A stretch of DNA of 64,000 nt from a virus. Made by a program: the position numbers and the translations under genes. The notes beneath the pieces were generated by a model, which saw only the letters and a list, made by a program, of their open reading frames with translations, was not told where the DNA came from and made no database searches. Where the stretch lies: IMG/VR virus record IMGVR_UViG_3300035666_000007, positions 34,035 through 98,034 of that record, one strand, 5' to 3'. This document shows, in pieces, positions 43,907 to 54,455 of this stretch; the stretch's first letter is position 1; the number at the start of each line of letters is the position of its first letter.

Positions 43907-46900
43907 ATGAATAGCATTGATGCCGCAATCAATGTAGTCGTCAATAATGCCTCTAAGGTAGATCGCCTTATTTCTAAGGTGAGTCAGCTTAATGCAATTG
44001 TAGAGAGCTTGAACAGGGCGCCAATTGACTTCAGTGGCTCAAGAGCAGTAAGCCAGCTTGATAGCGCAGATACTAGCCTGAAAATTTTCCAGAAAGCGGC
44101 CAAGGACGCCAAGCGCGATGTTAACGCTACTGCAAAATCGATAGATTCCTACGTAGATAGTCTTGATAGTATCCGGGGGCAGCTGGCCAAGCTTAATCCG
44201 GGGACGAAAAAATACGAAGACGCTCTTTCAAGGCAGGCCGAAATAACAGGAGAACTGATTGAGGCCAAAGAAAAATTAACAAAAGCCGAACAGGCTCTCG
44301 CGTCCGCCCAGTCGAGCGCCGCCGGACAAGAGAGTTTAATCAAGGAGGCAAAGGCAGCGCAAAAGTTAATTGGGGCCATCAATACACTTACCGACGAATA
44401 CCTGAAATATGGCGCAGTGCAGCAAAGAGGCGTTAGGGGGCAGATTCTCAAGAATCAGCCCAACTCCAGCCTTGCCGAACTTGGGGCCCAAGCGAAGGCC
44501 CTGGAGGTTGTTGCGGCCAACTCAAGAATAGCCTCTGCTGAATTTAATAGATTCACAATTGCTTCGCAAATTGCGGGTCAGAAAATTTACCAAGGCAGGC
44601 AAGAGCAGCTGAGGGCCGCAGCTTTCGGATTGTCGCCTGAGGCGCCAAGGGCAAATATTGGCAGGCAAGGGGATACTTCCCTGACCGCTGCCAGGTCTCA
44701 GATTTTAGATTTTGTAAAATCCTATGACACCGTTGTAAAAAGCGAAGCAGCAATGAGTGCCTTTGTCTCAAGGGGCTCAGAGCTTCAGTCCATTGTCCCC
44801 TATATCAGCAAAGAGTGGAAGCTGCTTGAGGATGTAATTAACAATGTCAATGCAGAGATGAAGGAAATGGTCAGCCGTGTGGCTGGTCTTCGCGGTCAAA
44901 GCTCTAAGATTCAATCCGCCCTGGGTCCAGCAACTCCCGTTGTTGCCATCCAAGGTGTTGGCGAGCAAGGGGAGGACGGATATGTCCCCGGTTCCGTGCG
45001 TGGCGCAACCCTTCAAGCTTTCAAGCAGCAAGAAGCTTATCGGAAAAAGATTGACGACTACAACACAAGGCAGGCGTTCCTTCAGGAAAGGATCGAGAAA
45101 TCAAGAGATGCTGGTCTGCTTACGGAAGAGCGATCCAGGCTGCTAATCAACAAACTGCTCGATGCCTCAGCCGACCTGGAGAGGGGCAATCTTGATGTCG
45201 CCAAATCAAAGACCATTGAGATCGAAAGACAAAGGCGGCAGCTTGAGATTATTACCAGGAATGAGGCCAAGCCTCGCTATTTTGGCATCAAGGATCTTGA
45301 CTTTCAAGACATATCCGGCAAGCTTTCCTCCGGTGGGCTTGTTCCCGGCTCGCCCCTTGGCAGGGTTTCCGAAACGACAGCAGCTGTTTCTCTCGCTCAA
45401 CAGAAAATGCGAGAAGAAGAGCGTGCCGTCGCTGATGCCTGGAAAATGCGTGGCGGGCCTGCGCTGCCGCCTGGTAGTGATGGCGCAAGCGGCAAGGGCG
45501 GTATTTACAGGACTGGCGAGTTCTCGCCGATGGACGGAAATCGTCGCCTGACCAACACGCTCGCCTCTGGTGCGATTATCGAACAATCGCTAATCAATTT
45601 ACAAAACAAGGGGGTTGACACTTCGGACAGACTTGTTCGCTTGCAGTCGGCTCTGAATGACGCAAAGCGAGATACGTTTGACATAAGTCTCAAAAATCTT
45701 GATGCGCTTTCCGATGAGGTGGGTCTGGCTGGTAAATATGCCCAACTGCAGAGGCAGATCCTTGCGGGGCAAGACAAGGCGGGCGAATCCGGCCTTCAGC
45801 AGGCCCTCAAGAGCCTTCAGGAGGCTCGCGGTGCTCGCGAAAGCTTCTTTGGCGGTGAATCTCCCGCAAAGGCGATTGATCAGATCGGGCTCGACGCCTT
45901 CGGAAACATTTCGCGCCTTTCAACTCGCGAGCTTAAGGCGTTATCCGCCACTTTCTCTGAAATGCGGGCGGTCCTTGATCCGACAATTCAGGGATTCGAT
46001 CGGCTCGATAATCAGCTTCGCGAGACGATCGGTAACATCAATCGCCAAGTCGAGCGCCGAGCGCCCGACGCCGACCTTCTGACCCGCCGCTTTGGCCCCA
46101 GGGCGGGTCGTGGTATCAGCGAAGGCCTGATCGGCGGCGCGTTCCCCTTGCTGTTTGGGCAAGGCATTGGGGCTTCGGCTGGCGGCCTTGTCGGCGGCGC
46201 CGCTGGTGGCTTCGCTGGCGGCGGACTGGGTTTTGGCTTGTCGCTGATTGGCACTGCAGCTGGCTCGGCGTTTGATACCTTTAATAACAATCTCAAAGAG
46301 GTAGCGAAAAACCTTAAAGATCCAACTGCTTCACTTGAGGCAATGAAGACGGCTGGCCTTCGGGTTACGCCGGAACTTGAATATCTGGTGCAAAAGCTTG
46401 AGTCGTCAGGTCGTGCAGCGGAAGCGCAAAGAGCCGTATTTGCCGAACTTGAGAAGCAGCTTGGGGCTGGTGGCGTTCAGCAACTGCAAGCCTTGAATGC
46501 CGAGCAGAAGGAGCTTGATCGTCAGTGGCAAGAGCTGTCGGCAACACTTACAACTTTGCTGCTCCCAGCAATTACTGGCACAATCGCAATTGTCAATGAT
46601 GTAATCAATGGATTTAAGGGTCTGGGCTCTGTCAAGCTTCCGCCGTGGCTGCAGAAGTCAATTGAAGCTGGAACCGATTTCCAGAATACGATTGGCTCTG
46701 TGGTCAATCCTGGCTTCGGCATTTCACGTCTTTTTGCCCAAAACGTAGTTAACAGAGGCCGCGAAGAAGCTGCCAAGCAGTCTGGCGCAGGCGCGGAAGA
46801 TTTAACCTTGCAAAAGCAAGAAGGGGCTCTTCAGGCTCAGCGCCAGGTCGCTGATGAAATCAAGTCTGCATACCGACAAGGCTTTCAAATCCAACAACGG

Positions 46901-49393
46901 GCTATCGACCTTGAGCGGAAAACTGCTGACATTCGCAGAAGAATTGAAAACGAAATTTTCAACAAGCAGCAGGAATTACTGCAGCGGCAGGCGGACAACG
47001 ATCGCAAACGCGCTCAGGTCGCAATCGAAGCAGTTGATTTAGAGTACCAAAAGCGAATTGCCAATGAAGAGGGGCGGGCCGCAGAGGTACTTGCTGCTGA
47101 AGCAGAGTTGCTCAAGACTCGCGCCCAAGGCGAAGCCGAAATTGCCACGGCCAAGAAGCTGCTTGAGCTGGATATTTCAAAGCGCCAAAGAGAAGCGCAA
47201 GATTATGTCTATAATTTGAGCCGTGAGGCTGACTCCATCAGGCGGGAGACGCTTAGCTTCGAGATGGAAGTGGCTGATTACAGGCTAGAAATTCAAAGAA
47301 AAATTGAGAACGAACGATTGATCGCCGCTGCAGCTGAGAAGGCCAAGGGCGGTGCTACAGCTTTCGCGGTTGGCGGGGCGTTTGACACTGGGCTAAAGAC
47401 TGGGCCAAGCTCAGTAATTGGCGGCAGCGCTCCGTATCATCAAGATATAAGTTTTGGGCCAAATGTTGGCCTTGAGCAACAGCGACAGCTAATGGTCGCG
47501 CTTGCGAAAGCTTACGACGATATGGGCAGAAAGATTGAGCTTTCAAATGAAGCGGTGAAGGGCAGAATATTTCCGCTTAAGGGCAGCGCTGCCGAACAGA
47601 ACAAATTCATTGCCGATGCTCTTGCCGCGCACAGGAGCAGGGGAGGCGGAACCGGAAGAAGTGCAATTGACTTCTATGCACCCGCCAAGGGCGAAAATCG
47701 TTTTGGTAAATCGGTTGAAAATGTTGCGATGTATGCGCCGATTGTTCCCGGCGCAAATCTGAGCTACAGCAAGGGTGGCGGGGCTGGGGCAAGCATTACA
47801 GCAACTCAAAACGGGCAAAAGATTTTTGAATTGATGCACGGCAGAACAGACAGGGCCTTGCCTGGTATGTCCAAAATGCCGGGATCAGCAGCCTCAGCAA
47901 CCGCAGCCCCAACTTCGACAGCCGCACAACTTGAAAAAGCAAGATCACAGGCTGATCGCCGCCCAGTAATTGCGCCAGTCCCCGTTGGCATGGCCGCAGG
48001 CGCGATGGCAAGGCTTAATGCTCAAGACACCGAAATCAAACAAGAAGCGATTGCCCTCGAACAGAGACTTGCTCAACTTCAAGAAGAAAGGGCTCGCCAA
48101 CGCCTTTACGAAGTGGCTCGCGGACCAATCGAAATCAGGCAGCGCCAGGAAGCCGTTGATCTTGCAAAAGCCGAACTTGCGGCAATCAAGCCGATATCTC
48201 AAGACAAGCAAGAGGCGGCTTTATTTGAAGCTCAGGCATTTGAAATACTTAAAAATAGACATGCTACCGACAAGGGAATACTTAAAACTACAAAGCTTCA
48301 AGGAGAAGAGAAAAAGAAGCTGGAGCAAGCGATTGCAGATGGCCTCACTAATACGGAAAAGCAAATCAAGCTTGACCGAGAAGCGCTGAAACTTGCCCAG
48401 GAGCGCAGGTTCATAGAGGCAAAAGCTGGCCTAACGCAGCAACTCGCCGTCACTGGTGCAGCCGAACAAGCCGGCTTCTTCGGTGCTGGCGCCAGCGCTT
48501 ATACAAACGAGCTGCTAAGGAGTGGAGACGCAGCTCAGGCGATGCAAATTGCTCAGCAGACCAAGGCGCTGGAAAACAAGCAGGCCATAGCCAGCATTCG
48601 AGGCGAGCTGAATAGCTTAATAGACTCCACGAATATAGGCATTAAGGCGGCCGATGGCATCGGTAGCGCTTTTTCTGGGGCTTTCCAGGGAGTGATAACT
48701 AGCTCCATGACAGCCGAAGAGGCTCTATCCAGCTTCTTCAAAGATGTTGGCGCGGCCTTCATTCAAATGGCCACTGAAATCATCGCCAAGCAGCTTGTCA
48801 TGATCACGCTGCAAACCATTCTCAAAATACTTGGAGCTGCTGGTGGCGGGGGCGGAGGCGGCTTCTCCGGGGGTGCGTCGGGCTTTGGTGGTTCATTTGA
48901 TGCGGGCATTCCCTCAGTCGGAAACACGACGGACTTTAGCGGTGCGTTCAAGTTTGCAGATGGTGATGCCTTCGGATCTCCCTCGCTGACCAAGTTTGCT
49001 GATGGCGCAGCGTTTACAAATTCAATTGTTTCTTCGCCTACGCTTTTCAAATTTGCTGATGGCGGAGCGATGGAAGATGGGGTGATGGGCGAGGCTGGCC
49101 CAGAGGCCATCATGCCGCTTGATCGCGGGCCGGACGGACGGCTTGGGGTGCGAGCGAGTGGGCTCAGGGAGGCGATGGGGCCTCCCCCTGGTTCCCCTGC
49201 GCCCTCGGTCCTTAACATGAGTTTTGAGAGCACTGTCATCGGAGGCGTTGAGTACGTGAGCCGCGAGCAGCTTGAACAAGCGATGGCGGAAACACGTCGG
49301 GCTGCATCCCGAGATGGGGCCCAGCGGGGCATGACGATGACCCTGGACAAGATCCAGAACAGCAGCTCCACTCGTCGTAAGATTGGGGTCTGA
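43907..49393 (+). CDS. tape measure protein
   Basis: about 1830 aa, helical, Gly-rich hydrophobic segment, lambda-type C-terminus FADG...GVMGEAGPEAIMPL. Confidence 0.92.
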   Translation: MNSIDAAINVVVNNASKVDRLISKVSQLNAIVESLNRAPIDFSGSRAVSQLDSADTSLKIFQKAAKDAKRDVNATAKSIDSYVDSLDSIRGQLAKLNPGTKKYEDALSRQAEITGELIEAKEKLTKAEQALASAQSSAAGQESLIKEAKAAQKLIGAINTLTDEYLKYGAVQQRGVRGQILKNQPNSSLAELGAQAKALEVVAANSRIASAEFNRFTIASQIAGQKIYQGRQEQLRAAAFGLSPEAPRANIGRQGDTSLTAARSQILDFVKSYDTVVKSEAAMSAFVSRGSELQSIVPYISKEWKLLEDVINNVNAEMKEMVSRVAGLRGQSSKIQSALGPATPVVAIQGVGEQGEDGYVPGSVRGATLQAFKQQEAYRKKIDDYNTRQAFLQERIEKSRDAGLLTEERSRLLINKLLDASADLERGNLDVAKSKTIEIERQRRQLEIITRNEAKPRYFGIKDLDFQDISGKLSSGGLVPGSPLGRVSETTAAVSLAQQKMREEERAVADAWKMRGGPALPPGSDGASGKGGIYRTGEFSPMDGNRRLTNTLASGAIIEQSLINLQNKGVDTSDRLVRLQSALNDAKRDTFDISLKNLDALSDEVGLAGKYAQLQRQILAGQDKAGESGLQQALKSLQEARGARESFFGGESPAKAIDQIGLDAFGNISRLSTRELKALSATFSEMRAVLDPTIQGFDRLDNQLRETIGNINRQVERRAPDADLLTRRFGPRAGRGISEGLIGGAFPLLFGQGIGASAGGLVGGAAGGFAGGGLGFGLSLIGTAAGSAFDTFNNNLKEVAKNLKDPTASLEAMKTAGLRVTPELEYLVQKLESSGRAAEAQRAVFAELEKQLGAGGVQQLQALNAEQKELDRQWQELSATLTTLLLPAITGTIAIVNDVINGFKGLGSVKLPPWLQKSIEAGTDFQNTIGSVVNPGFGISRLFAQNVVNRGREEAAKQSGAGAEDLTLQKQEGALQAQRQVADEIKSAYRQGFQIQQRAIDLERKTADIRRRIENEIFNKQQELLQRQADNDRKRAQVAIEAVDLEYQKRIANEEGRAAEVLAAEAELLKTRAQGEAEIATAKKLLELDISKRQREAQDYVYNLSREADSIRRETLSFEMEVADYRLEIQRKIENERLIAAAAEKAKGGATAFAVGGAFDTGLKTGPSSVIGGSAPYHQDISFGPNVGLEQQRQLMVALAKAYDDMGRKIELSNEAVKGRIFPLKGSAAEQNKFIADALAAHRSRGGGTGRSAIDFYAPAKGENRFGKSVENVAMYAPIVPGANLSYSKGGGAGASITATQNGQKIFELMHGRTDRALPGMSKMPGSAASATAAPTSTAAQLEKARSQADRRPVIAPVPVGMAAGAMARLNAQDTEIKQEAIALEQRLAQLQEERARQRLYEVARGPIEIRQRQEAVDLAKAELAAIKPISQDKQEAALFEAQAFEILKNRHATDKGILKTTKLQGEEKKKLEQAIADGLTNTEKQIKLDREALKLAQERRFIEAKAGLTQQLAVTGAAEQAGFFGAGASAYTNELLRSGDAAQAMQIAQQTKALENKQAIASIRGELNSLIDSTNIGIKAADGIGSAFSGAFQGVITSSMTAEEALSSFFKDVGAAFIQMATEIIAKQLVMITLQTILKILGAAGGGGGGGFSGGASGFGGSFDAGIPSVGNTTDFSGAFKFADGDAFGSPSLTKFADGAAFTNSIVSSPTLFKFADGGAMEDGVMGEAGPEAIMPLDRGPDGRLGVRASGLREAMGPPPGSPAPSVLNMSFESTVIGGVEYVSREQLEQAMAETRRAASRDGAQRGMTMTLDKIQNSSSTRRKIGV

Positions 49394-49776
49394 TGGCTGA
49401 CTTTCCTGCGCTCAAGCCCACGGCACGAAGCTTTCAGCTCGGGCAGTATCCGGTGAAGACCTATCGGGCGATGTCTGGTGCGGTGTTGCGTCGCAGCTAC
49501 GGCAATCGCCCCTACGGCGACAGCTTGGATCTTGAATTCAAGAACGTACCAGAAAGCGCGGTTAATTCAATTATCAATCATTACAAGAATCAGGGCGGCG
49601 GCACTCTTGGCTTTGACATTCCAGCCGTTGTATTCGAGGGATACTCGGAAGATCTCCAAAGCAAGGTTCGTGCCGTTGCTGGCACTGAGTGGCTTTACGC
49701 CGAGCCGCCTGGCGTCAGCAGCGTAATCAGAGGCATTAGCACTGTGACGGTGCGACTTGTGAGGGAGATAAAATGA
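49393..49776 (+). CDS. distal tail protein
   Basis: follows the tape measure gene; FPALKPTARS...WLYAEPP. Confidence 0.65.
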   Translation: MADFPALKPTARSFQLGQYPVKTYRAMSGAVLRRSYGNRPYGDSLDLEFKNVPESAVNSIINHYKNQGGGTLGFDIPAVVFEGYSEDLQSKVRAVAGTEWLYAEPPGVSSVIRGISTVTVRLVREIK

Positions 49777-50237
49777 GCGAAATACGCATGGCTCAGTATT
49801 TTTATCTTGTGACTGCAAACAATACGCAGCACAGATACCAAAACTTTTTTGTACGCGAAGCCCGAATACTGGATGGCGCACGTTACGAATTTGCGCCATT
49901 TCGAGCCGAGGGCAGCACGGCAAATTTGAATGGTGACAATGGGTTGCTACGCGTGCTATTCCCGAACGTGGAATACGCGATTCGCTTGGTTGAAGGCGGT
50001 GATGGAAATCGCCTCAGCCGTCTAACAATTACAACTCAATGGCTCAACGCAGCCTTGGCCCCGTCGCGAAGCTACCAAGAGCGGTATGTCGGAATTGGGG
50101 CAAGCTACGCAGATACCACCATTGAGCTGAGGTATCGTACCGCGATGGATTCTGTGGGCGCTCAGTTTCCAGCGCGTACCCTTACGCGCTCCCTTGTCGG
50201 CCCGCTGCCTCTCAATGCAGAACTTGTCCTTCAATGA
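49773..50237 (+). CDS. minor tail protein (gpL-like)
   Basis: YEFAPF...GAQFPARTL; position. Confidence 0.6.
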   Translation: MSEIRMAQYFYLVTANNTQHRYQNFFVREARILDGARYEFAPFRAEGSTANLNGDNGLLRVLFPNVEYAIRLVEGGDGNRLSRLTITTQWLNAALAPSRSYQERYVGIGASYADTTIELRYRTAMDSVGAQFPARTLTRSLVGPLPLNAELVLQ

Positions 50238-50607
50238 TTTGATTGGCTTGTCGTATAGATGGGCGGCGTCACCTTTGGACGGCAGCGGATTTACTGACTG
50301 CTTTCAGCTTACGTGCGAAGCCCGTCGCCGCCTTAAACTTGCCGATTATGGCCCAAGGTTTGCCTGGGTTTACGAAAAATACGACGAGAATACGTTCAAT
50401 CGCAAACTACTGCTGAGATGGCTGTTGCAAAACGGTCGGCGCTTGCGGGAGCCGTGCGCAGGCGCTGTAGCTCTGTTGCCCGCGACGACCGGGTTTGCTT
50501 TGGGTACAATCCTGGAAGATGGTGCCTTGTTCCTTTCGCCTGGGGGAGCAGTTATTAGAGCACCGCTGCCAAAAAACGTCGGCCATTACTTTTGGATGAA
50601 TCAATGA
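50215..50607 (+). CDS. NlpC/P60-like tail assembly protein (gpK-like)
   Basis: DLIGLSYRW...TDCFQL; the expected catalytic His is not evident. Confidence 0.6.
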   Translation: MQNLSFNDLIGLSYRWAASPLDGSGFTDCFQLTCEARRRLKLADYGPRFAWVYEKYDENTFNRKLLLRWLLQNGRRLREPCAGAVALLPATTGFALGTILEDGALFLSPGGAVIRAPLPKNVGHYFWMNQ

Positions 50608-53600
50608 CGCGCAAGCTGCTGCCGTACGAATACAACCTGATTGAAGCGCTAGACATCAGCAAGGAAGAGTATTTCGACTTTGTTGCGCAGCAGCACGTTT
50701 ACCGGGACATTAAGGAAGGCACTGCGCTAGATGCGCGGGCCGACCTTGGGCTAACAGCCCTGATTTTAACAATTGTTGGAATTCTGTTCCAGGCGGCCTC
50801 AGTATTGCTGGCGCCTAGGCCCAAGGCTCCTCGACAGCAGGGAGTGGAGCAAACAAGGGACCAGGCGCTGTCCCCGCGACTTGGTTTTAACAGCGCACAG
50901 GACCTTGCCGTTTATGGTGACGTTCTTCCGCTGGTTTACACTAATACTGCGCAAAATAGTAATGGTGGAGTGCGCGTATCCACTTTGTTGCTATGGTCAG
51001 CTATTCTTAGCTTTGGCAATAATCAATTTATGCGCCTGATGACGACGCTTGGCGCATCGAATATTGCGCGCATAGACCCCGAGCGCACAGCACTTGGACA
51101 GTTCCCGGCCAAAGACTTAGCACTCGGAAGCGTGTGGCAATATTACAACTCTGATGGACCGACAAGATACTCTCAGCTTATTAAGGGGGCTGGCACAGAT
51201 CCGACGATCACTTTTGCGAGCGACACCACTGCAAAGTTAAATGGACTGCCAGGCGCGGTAGAAGGCTTTAGTCAAGCATTTTCCCCCACCACGGCCAAAG
51301 CCGTTGGCGTCACTGGCTTTATTCCTGTCAACGCCGATGTTCTCATTCTTGACGAGAAAGGCAATTCGGTGCGCAGGCGCGTCGAAACTTATTTTCAATC
51401 GCAAAGTGGCGACTATTGGCCAAACAGCAGCGACCGCCCCATGGTACCAGTCGGCGACCTCTGGAATCTGTTTATAGCGCACACAATAGAATCATTGTCA
51501 TCCAGCGACACGTCCGGCATTGCACGTCAAGACGCATTAAGGGATTCAGCGTCACGCATTGACAACGGAGCTATTTTCAAGGCCGGCTCCGCCCTATTTC
51601 GCGTAGTGGCGGTTAGCTATGGTGACAGCGCAAACGGCATCGAGGAAGGCAATCTTTACGCTGTCCTTGAATGCACGCGAAGCGGCAAGCTGCCCAGGGC
51701 AGCGTACGGCCTTGGGCACTGGCAAGAAATGAGACGCAGGATCGCTGAGCTACAAGCAGCGATTGACCAGAACAACCGAAAGATTGCCCCGCTGCAAAAA
51801 TCCCGTGATGAGCTTCAAGCCGCTTTGTCTCGTGGAACCAAAAACGTCGTCATTCGCGGACCTCGCGGCATTAGTGCAGGAGTGCGGGCGCTTACTCAAG
51901 ACGACAGAAATTCCTATCAAAGCTCGATTAACGACCTCAACAGTCGCATTGGCACCCTGTTAAAGGAGAACGACAGCATACAGGGTCAAATTAACGATCT
52001 TGAAGGCCAGGGCGTTCCAAGAAGTCTTTATACAAAGGGGCTTGCTCGCGTAGAAGAAGCAGCATATGCAAGTGTTACGAAATGCAATGTACTTGACTTA
52101 GCTTTGCGCTTTCAAGTATATCGTCGCATCAGCGGTCGGGCCAGCGTATATGGCAAAGACCAAGTGAACTATGGTCATAGCGCATCAAATAACGGCACCA
52201 AGGCCCGCACCTGCATGTTTGCAATATGGTATCGTTTTGACAACTCGGGCGAATACTCCAGGCTGCCCTATATTTTTTGCTGCCGTGGGTTCAATCAGCA
52301 AAATATTTTTGCCTATGTTAAGCTGATTACCCGTAACGCAGGGCCGCGCTTTATTGAAGTCAAGCTGGAAGCCGTTGTTGATACTTATATCGAAATTAGA
52401 ACCTTCCATACTCGCGGCTATTGCTATATTAACCCAGTTGGCCCATTGATCACCCTTGGTCCCGATCTAACCGAGGACGGCAATCTTGAAGTTTATTTCA
52501 ATGGCTCAGCATATCTAGACGGCAACAGGGGCGATTACCCCCCCTTCAATAAGTCGCCAATCAATGCAAGCGAATTTGACTTATTCAATTACGATGCATT
52601 TTCGCAAACATCTTTTTCTTTCGACTCTTCGACTGAAATACAAATCACTGCTGTTACAGAGCAGTTAATTGAGTCATGGTCGAATTACAGCGGGAGTTTA
52701 TACAGAGGCCTCTCCAACCTTGCCCTGCACATTACATCGGGCTCCGGCACTCAAGATCTGCGAAGCGTAAGCGCGTACGTGACAGAGGGCAAGCGAGTTC
52801 GGCTCTTACCTACCAGTCAAAACTATTTCGGAAATGAAGCGACTGGCAGTGTTGACGACGACGCCGTTGCCGCTTTTGCCAACAGCGAACCAAGCAGCTC
52901 CACGTCGTTCGCACCAGATATTTTTCTGGATACTATTTTGGATGGAGTTAACGGTATTGGCCGTTATGCAAGCTTGCACTCGGTAGGTGTAATGCAGCTG
53001 GCGCAGAGCAAGCGCTTTTGCGAGCGCAACAATCTGTTCATGGATGGCTTGATTGCTGAAGCCCGGCCATGGCGAGAGTTTTGGGCACAGGCGGCGCCAC
53101 TCAGCTTACTGGAGCTTGGTAAAATCGGCGGCAAGGAAACCCTTGTTCCAACGCTGCCATACATAAAGTCAACTGGTGAAATTACTCGGGCCGTATCGAT
53201 CACGGCACTCTTTAATCAAGGAAACATTCTTGAGGATAGCTTCAAGGAAGAGTTTATCGACTACGGGGCAAGCGTACAGGATCTGATCATTACGTTGATC
53301 TACCGTGACGTTGAGCGCAGAGGCGTGTTTCCGCGCAACAACAGCGTCGAAGTACGCCGCACAGATACCCAGGAAGAAAATGCTGTTCGCGAAAGCCTGG
53401 ATATTTCGCAGTTTGTTAGCACGCGAAATCAGGCAATCCTGCTTGGGAAATACCTTTCTCAGTCGCGTCGCTTTAATCGTCGCGCCTGCGAGTTCCAGAC
53501 CTTCCCCACCGATACTTTTGTCATGCCCGGCAGCTATGTGTACGTTGAAACCAGCAATAATCAATGGGATGGAATTTATACGGGGCGCATTGAGGATGGC

Positions 53601-53939
53601 GGAGTTCTTAGCCTGCCAATCGCTAGCAGCATCCCTGATGGAATCTACAACGTGCTCACTTACGGCAGCAGTGATGGCACACGATCCTTTGAGCGGCTTG
53701 CGATTGCCGATGGCGTGGCCGCGAGCTTAAGCGCACTGACGGGGCAGTTGTTCGTGCTTGGGCAGGCCGTGCGAAACAAGCGCGTATTCAGAGTGACCGA
53801 GGTAACAATGGAGGAGGAGGGGGAGACCACGATACGAGGGGTGGAGCATCCATGCGACGCGGATGGCAATTCGCTCATTGCCCAAGGCTTGGATACCTAT
53901 GTAAGCGGACTATTTACCATCGACGGCAGGCCTGAGTAG
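50604..53939 (+). CDS. central tail tip / baseplate hub protein (gpJ-like)
   Basis: about 1110 aa; position; FMDG...W, LFNQGNI, FRVTEV. Confidence 0.75.
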   Translation: MTRKLLPYEYNLIEALDISKEEYFDFVAQQHVYRDIKEGTALDARADLGLTALILTIVGILFQAASVLLAPRPKAPRQQGVEQTRDQALSPRLGFNSAQDLAVYGDVLPLVYTNTAQNSNGGVRVSTLLLWSAILSFGNNQFMRLMTTLGASNIARIDPERTALGQFPAKDLALGSVWQYYNSDGPTRYSQLIKGAGTDPTITFASDTTAKLNGLPGAVEGFSQAFSPTTAKAVGVTGFIPVNADVLILDEKGNSVRRRVETYFQSQSGDYWPNSSDRPMVPVGDLWNLFIAHTIESLSSSDTSGIARQDALRDSASRIDNGAIFKAGSALFRVVAVSYGDSANGIEEGNLYAVLECTRSGKLPRAAYGLGHWQEMRRRIAELQAAIDQNNRKIAPLQKSRDELQAALSRGTKNVVIRGPRGISAGVRALTQDDRNSYQSSINDLNSRIGTLLKENDSIQGQINDLEGQGVPRSLYTKGLARVEEAAYASVTKCNVLDLALRFQVYRRISGRASVYGKDQVNYGHSASNNGTKARTCMFAIWYRFDNSGEYSRLPYIFCCRGFNQQNIFAYVKLITRNAGPRFIEVKLEAVVDTYIEIRTFHTRGYCYINPVGPLITLGPDLTEDGNLEVYFNGSAYLDGNRGDYPPFNKSPINASEFDLFNYDAFSQTSFSFDSSTEIQITAVTEQLIESWSNYSGSLYRGLSNLALHITSGSGTQDLRSVSAYVTEGKRVRLLPTSQNYFGNEATGSVDDDAVAAFANSEPSSSTSFAPDIFLDTILDGVNGIGRYASLHSVGVMQLAQSKRFCERNNLFMDGLIAEARPWREFWAQAAPLSLLELGKIGGKETLVPTLPYIKSTGEITRAVSITALFNQGNILEDSFKEEFIDYGASVQDLIITLIYRDVERRGVFPRNNSVEVRRTDTQEENAVRESLDISQFVSTRNQAILLGKYLSQSRRFNRRACEFQTFPTDTFVMPGSYVYVETSNNQWDGIYTGRIEDGGVLSLPIASSIPDGIYNVLTYGSSDGTRSFERLAIADGVAASLSALTGQLFVLGQAVRNKRVFRVTEVTMEEEGETTIRGVEHPCDADGNSLIAQGLDTYVSGLFTIDGRPE

Positions 53940-53969
53940 AGTGATCGCAAGTGACACTGGTGTGCGGCA

Positions 53970-54455
53970 ATGGGTTTTTATACTGGACGTAGCGGTAAAT
54001 TATACCTGCTAGATGATCTGACCAGCGCCCCTAACCCGCCAAACTCTGCAGCGGTTCTAAAAATTCGTGACTGGTCGCTCGAAACTAGCCTTGAATTGCT
54101 GGAAACGACCACGATTGATACCGCCGTCAAGAGCTATACGCCTGGAATGGTCAGCTCCAGTGGATCGGCCACCGTTGTTTACTATCGACGTGAATCAGGC
54201 GATGTTGGCGTGCAGTTTGAGCAGCTCCTTGACAGGATCATGAAAACTACCACCGAGGGAGTCACCGAAGCGGATCGCTGTGGCATGGTTCTTCGCGCCG
54301 GCAGCCGACCAGGAGGAGGGAGCGACATCAAGGACGACATTGCTTTCAATGCTTACATTACCAACGCCTCTATCACCGTTGGCACTGGCGAGCTTAGCAA
54401 CGTGTCAATACAATACACCGTGGACGGGCCTTTCCTGGAAAGAATCAACTCATGA
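53970..54455 (+). CDS. tail-tube-like minor tail protein
   Basis: IRDWSLETSLELLETTT...G.VSSSGSA resembles the tail tube protein. Confidence 0.65.
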   Translation: MGFYTGRSGKLYLLDDLTSAPNPPNSAAVLKIRDWSLETSLELLETTTIDTAVKSYTPGMVSSSGSATVVYYRRESGDVGVQFEQLLDRIMKTTTEGVTEADRCGMVLRAGSRPGGGSDIKDDIAFNAYITNASITVGTGELSNVSIQYTVDGPFLERINS

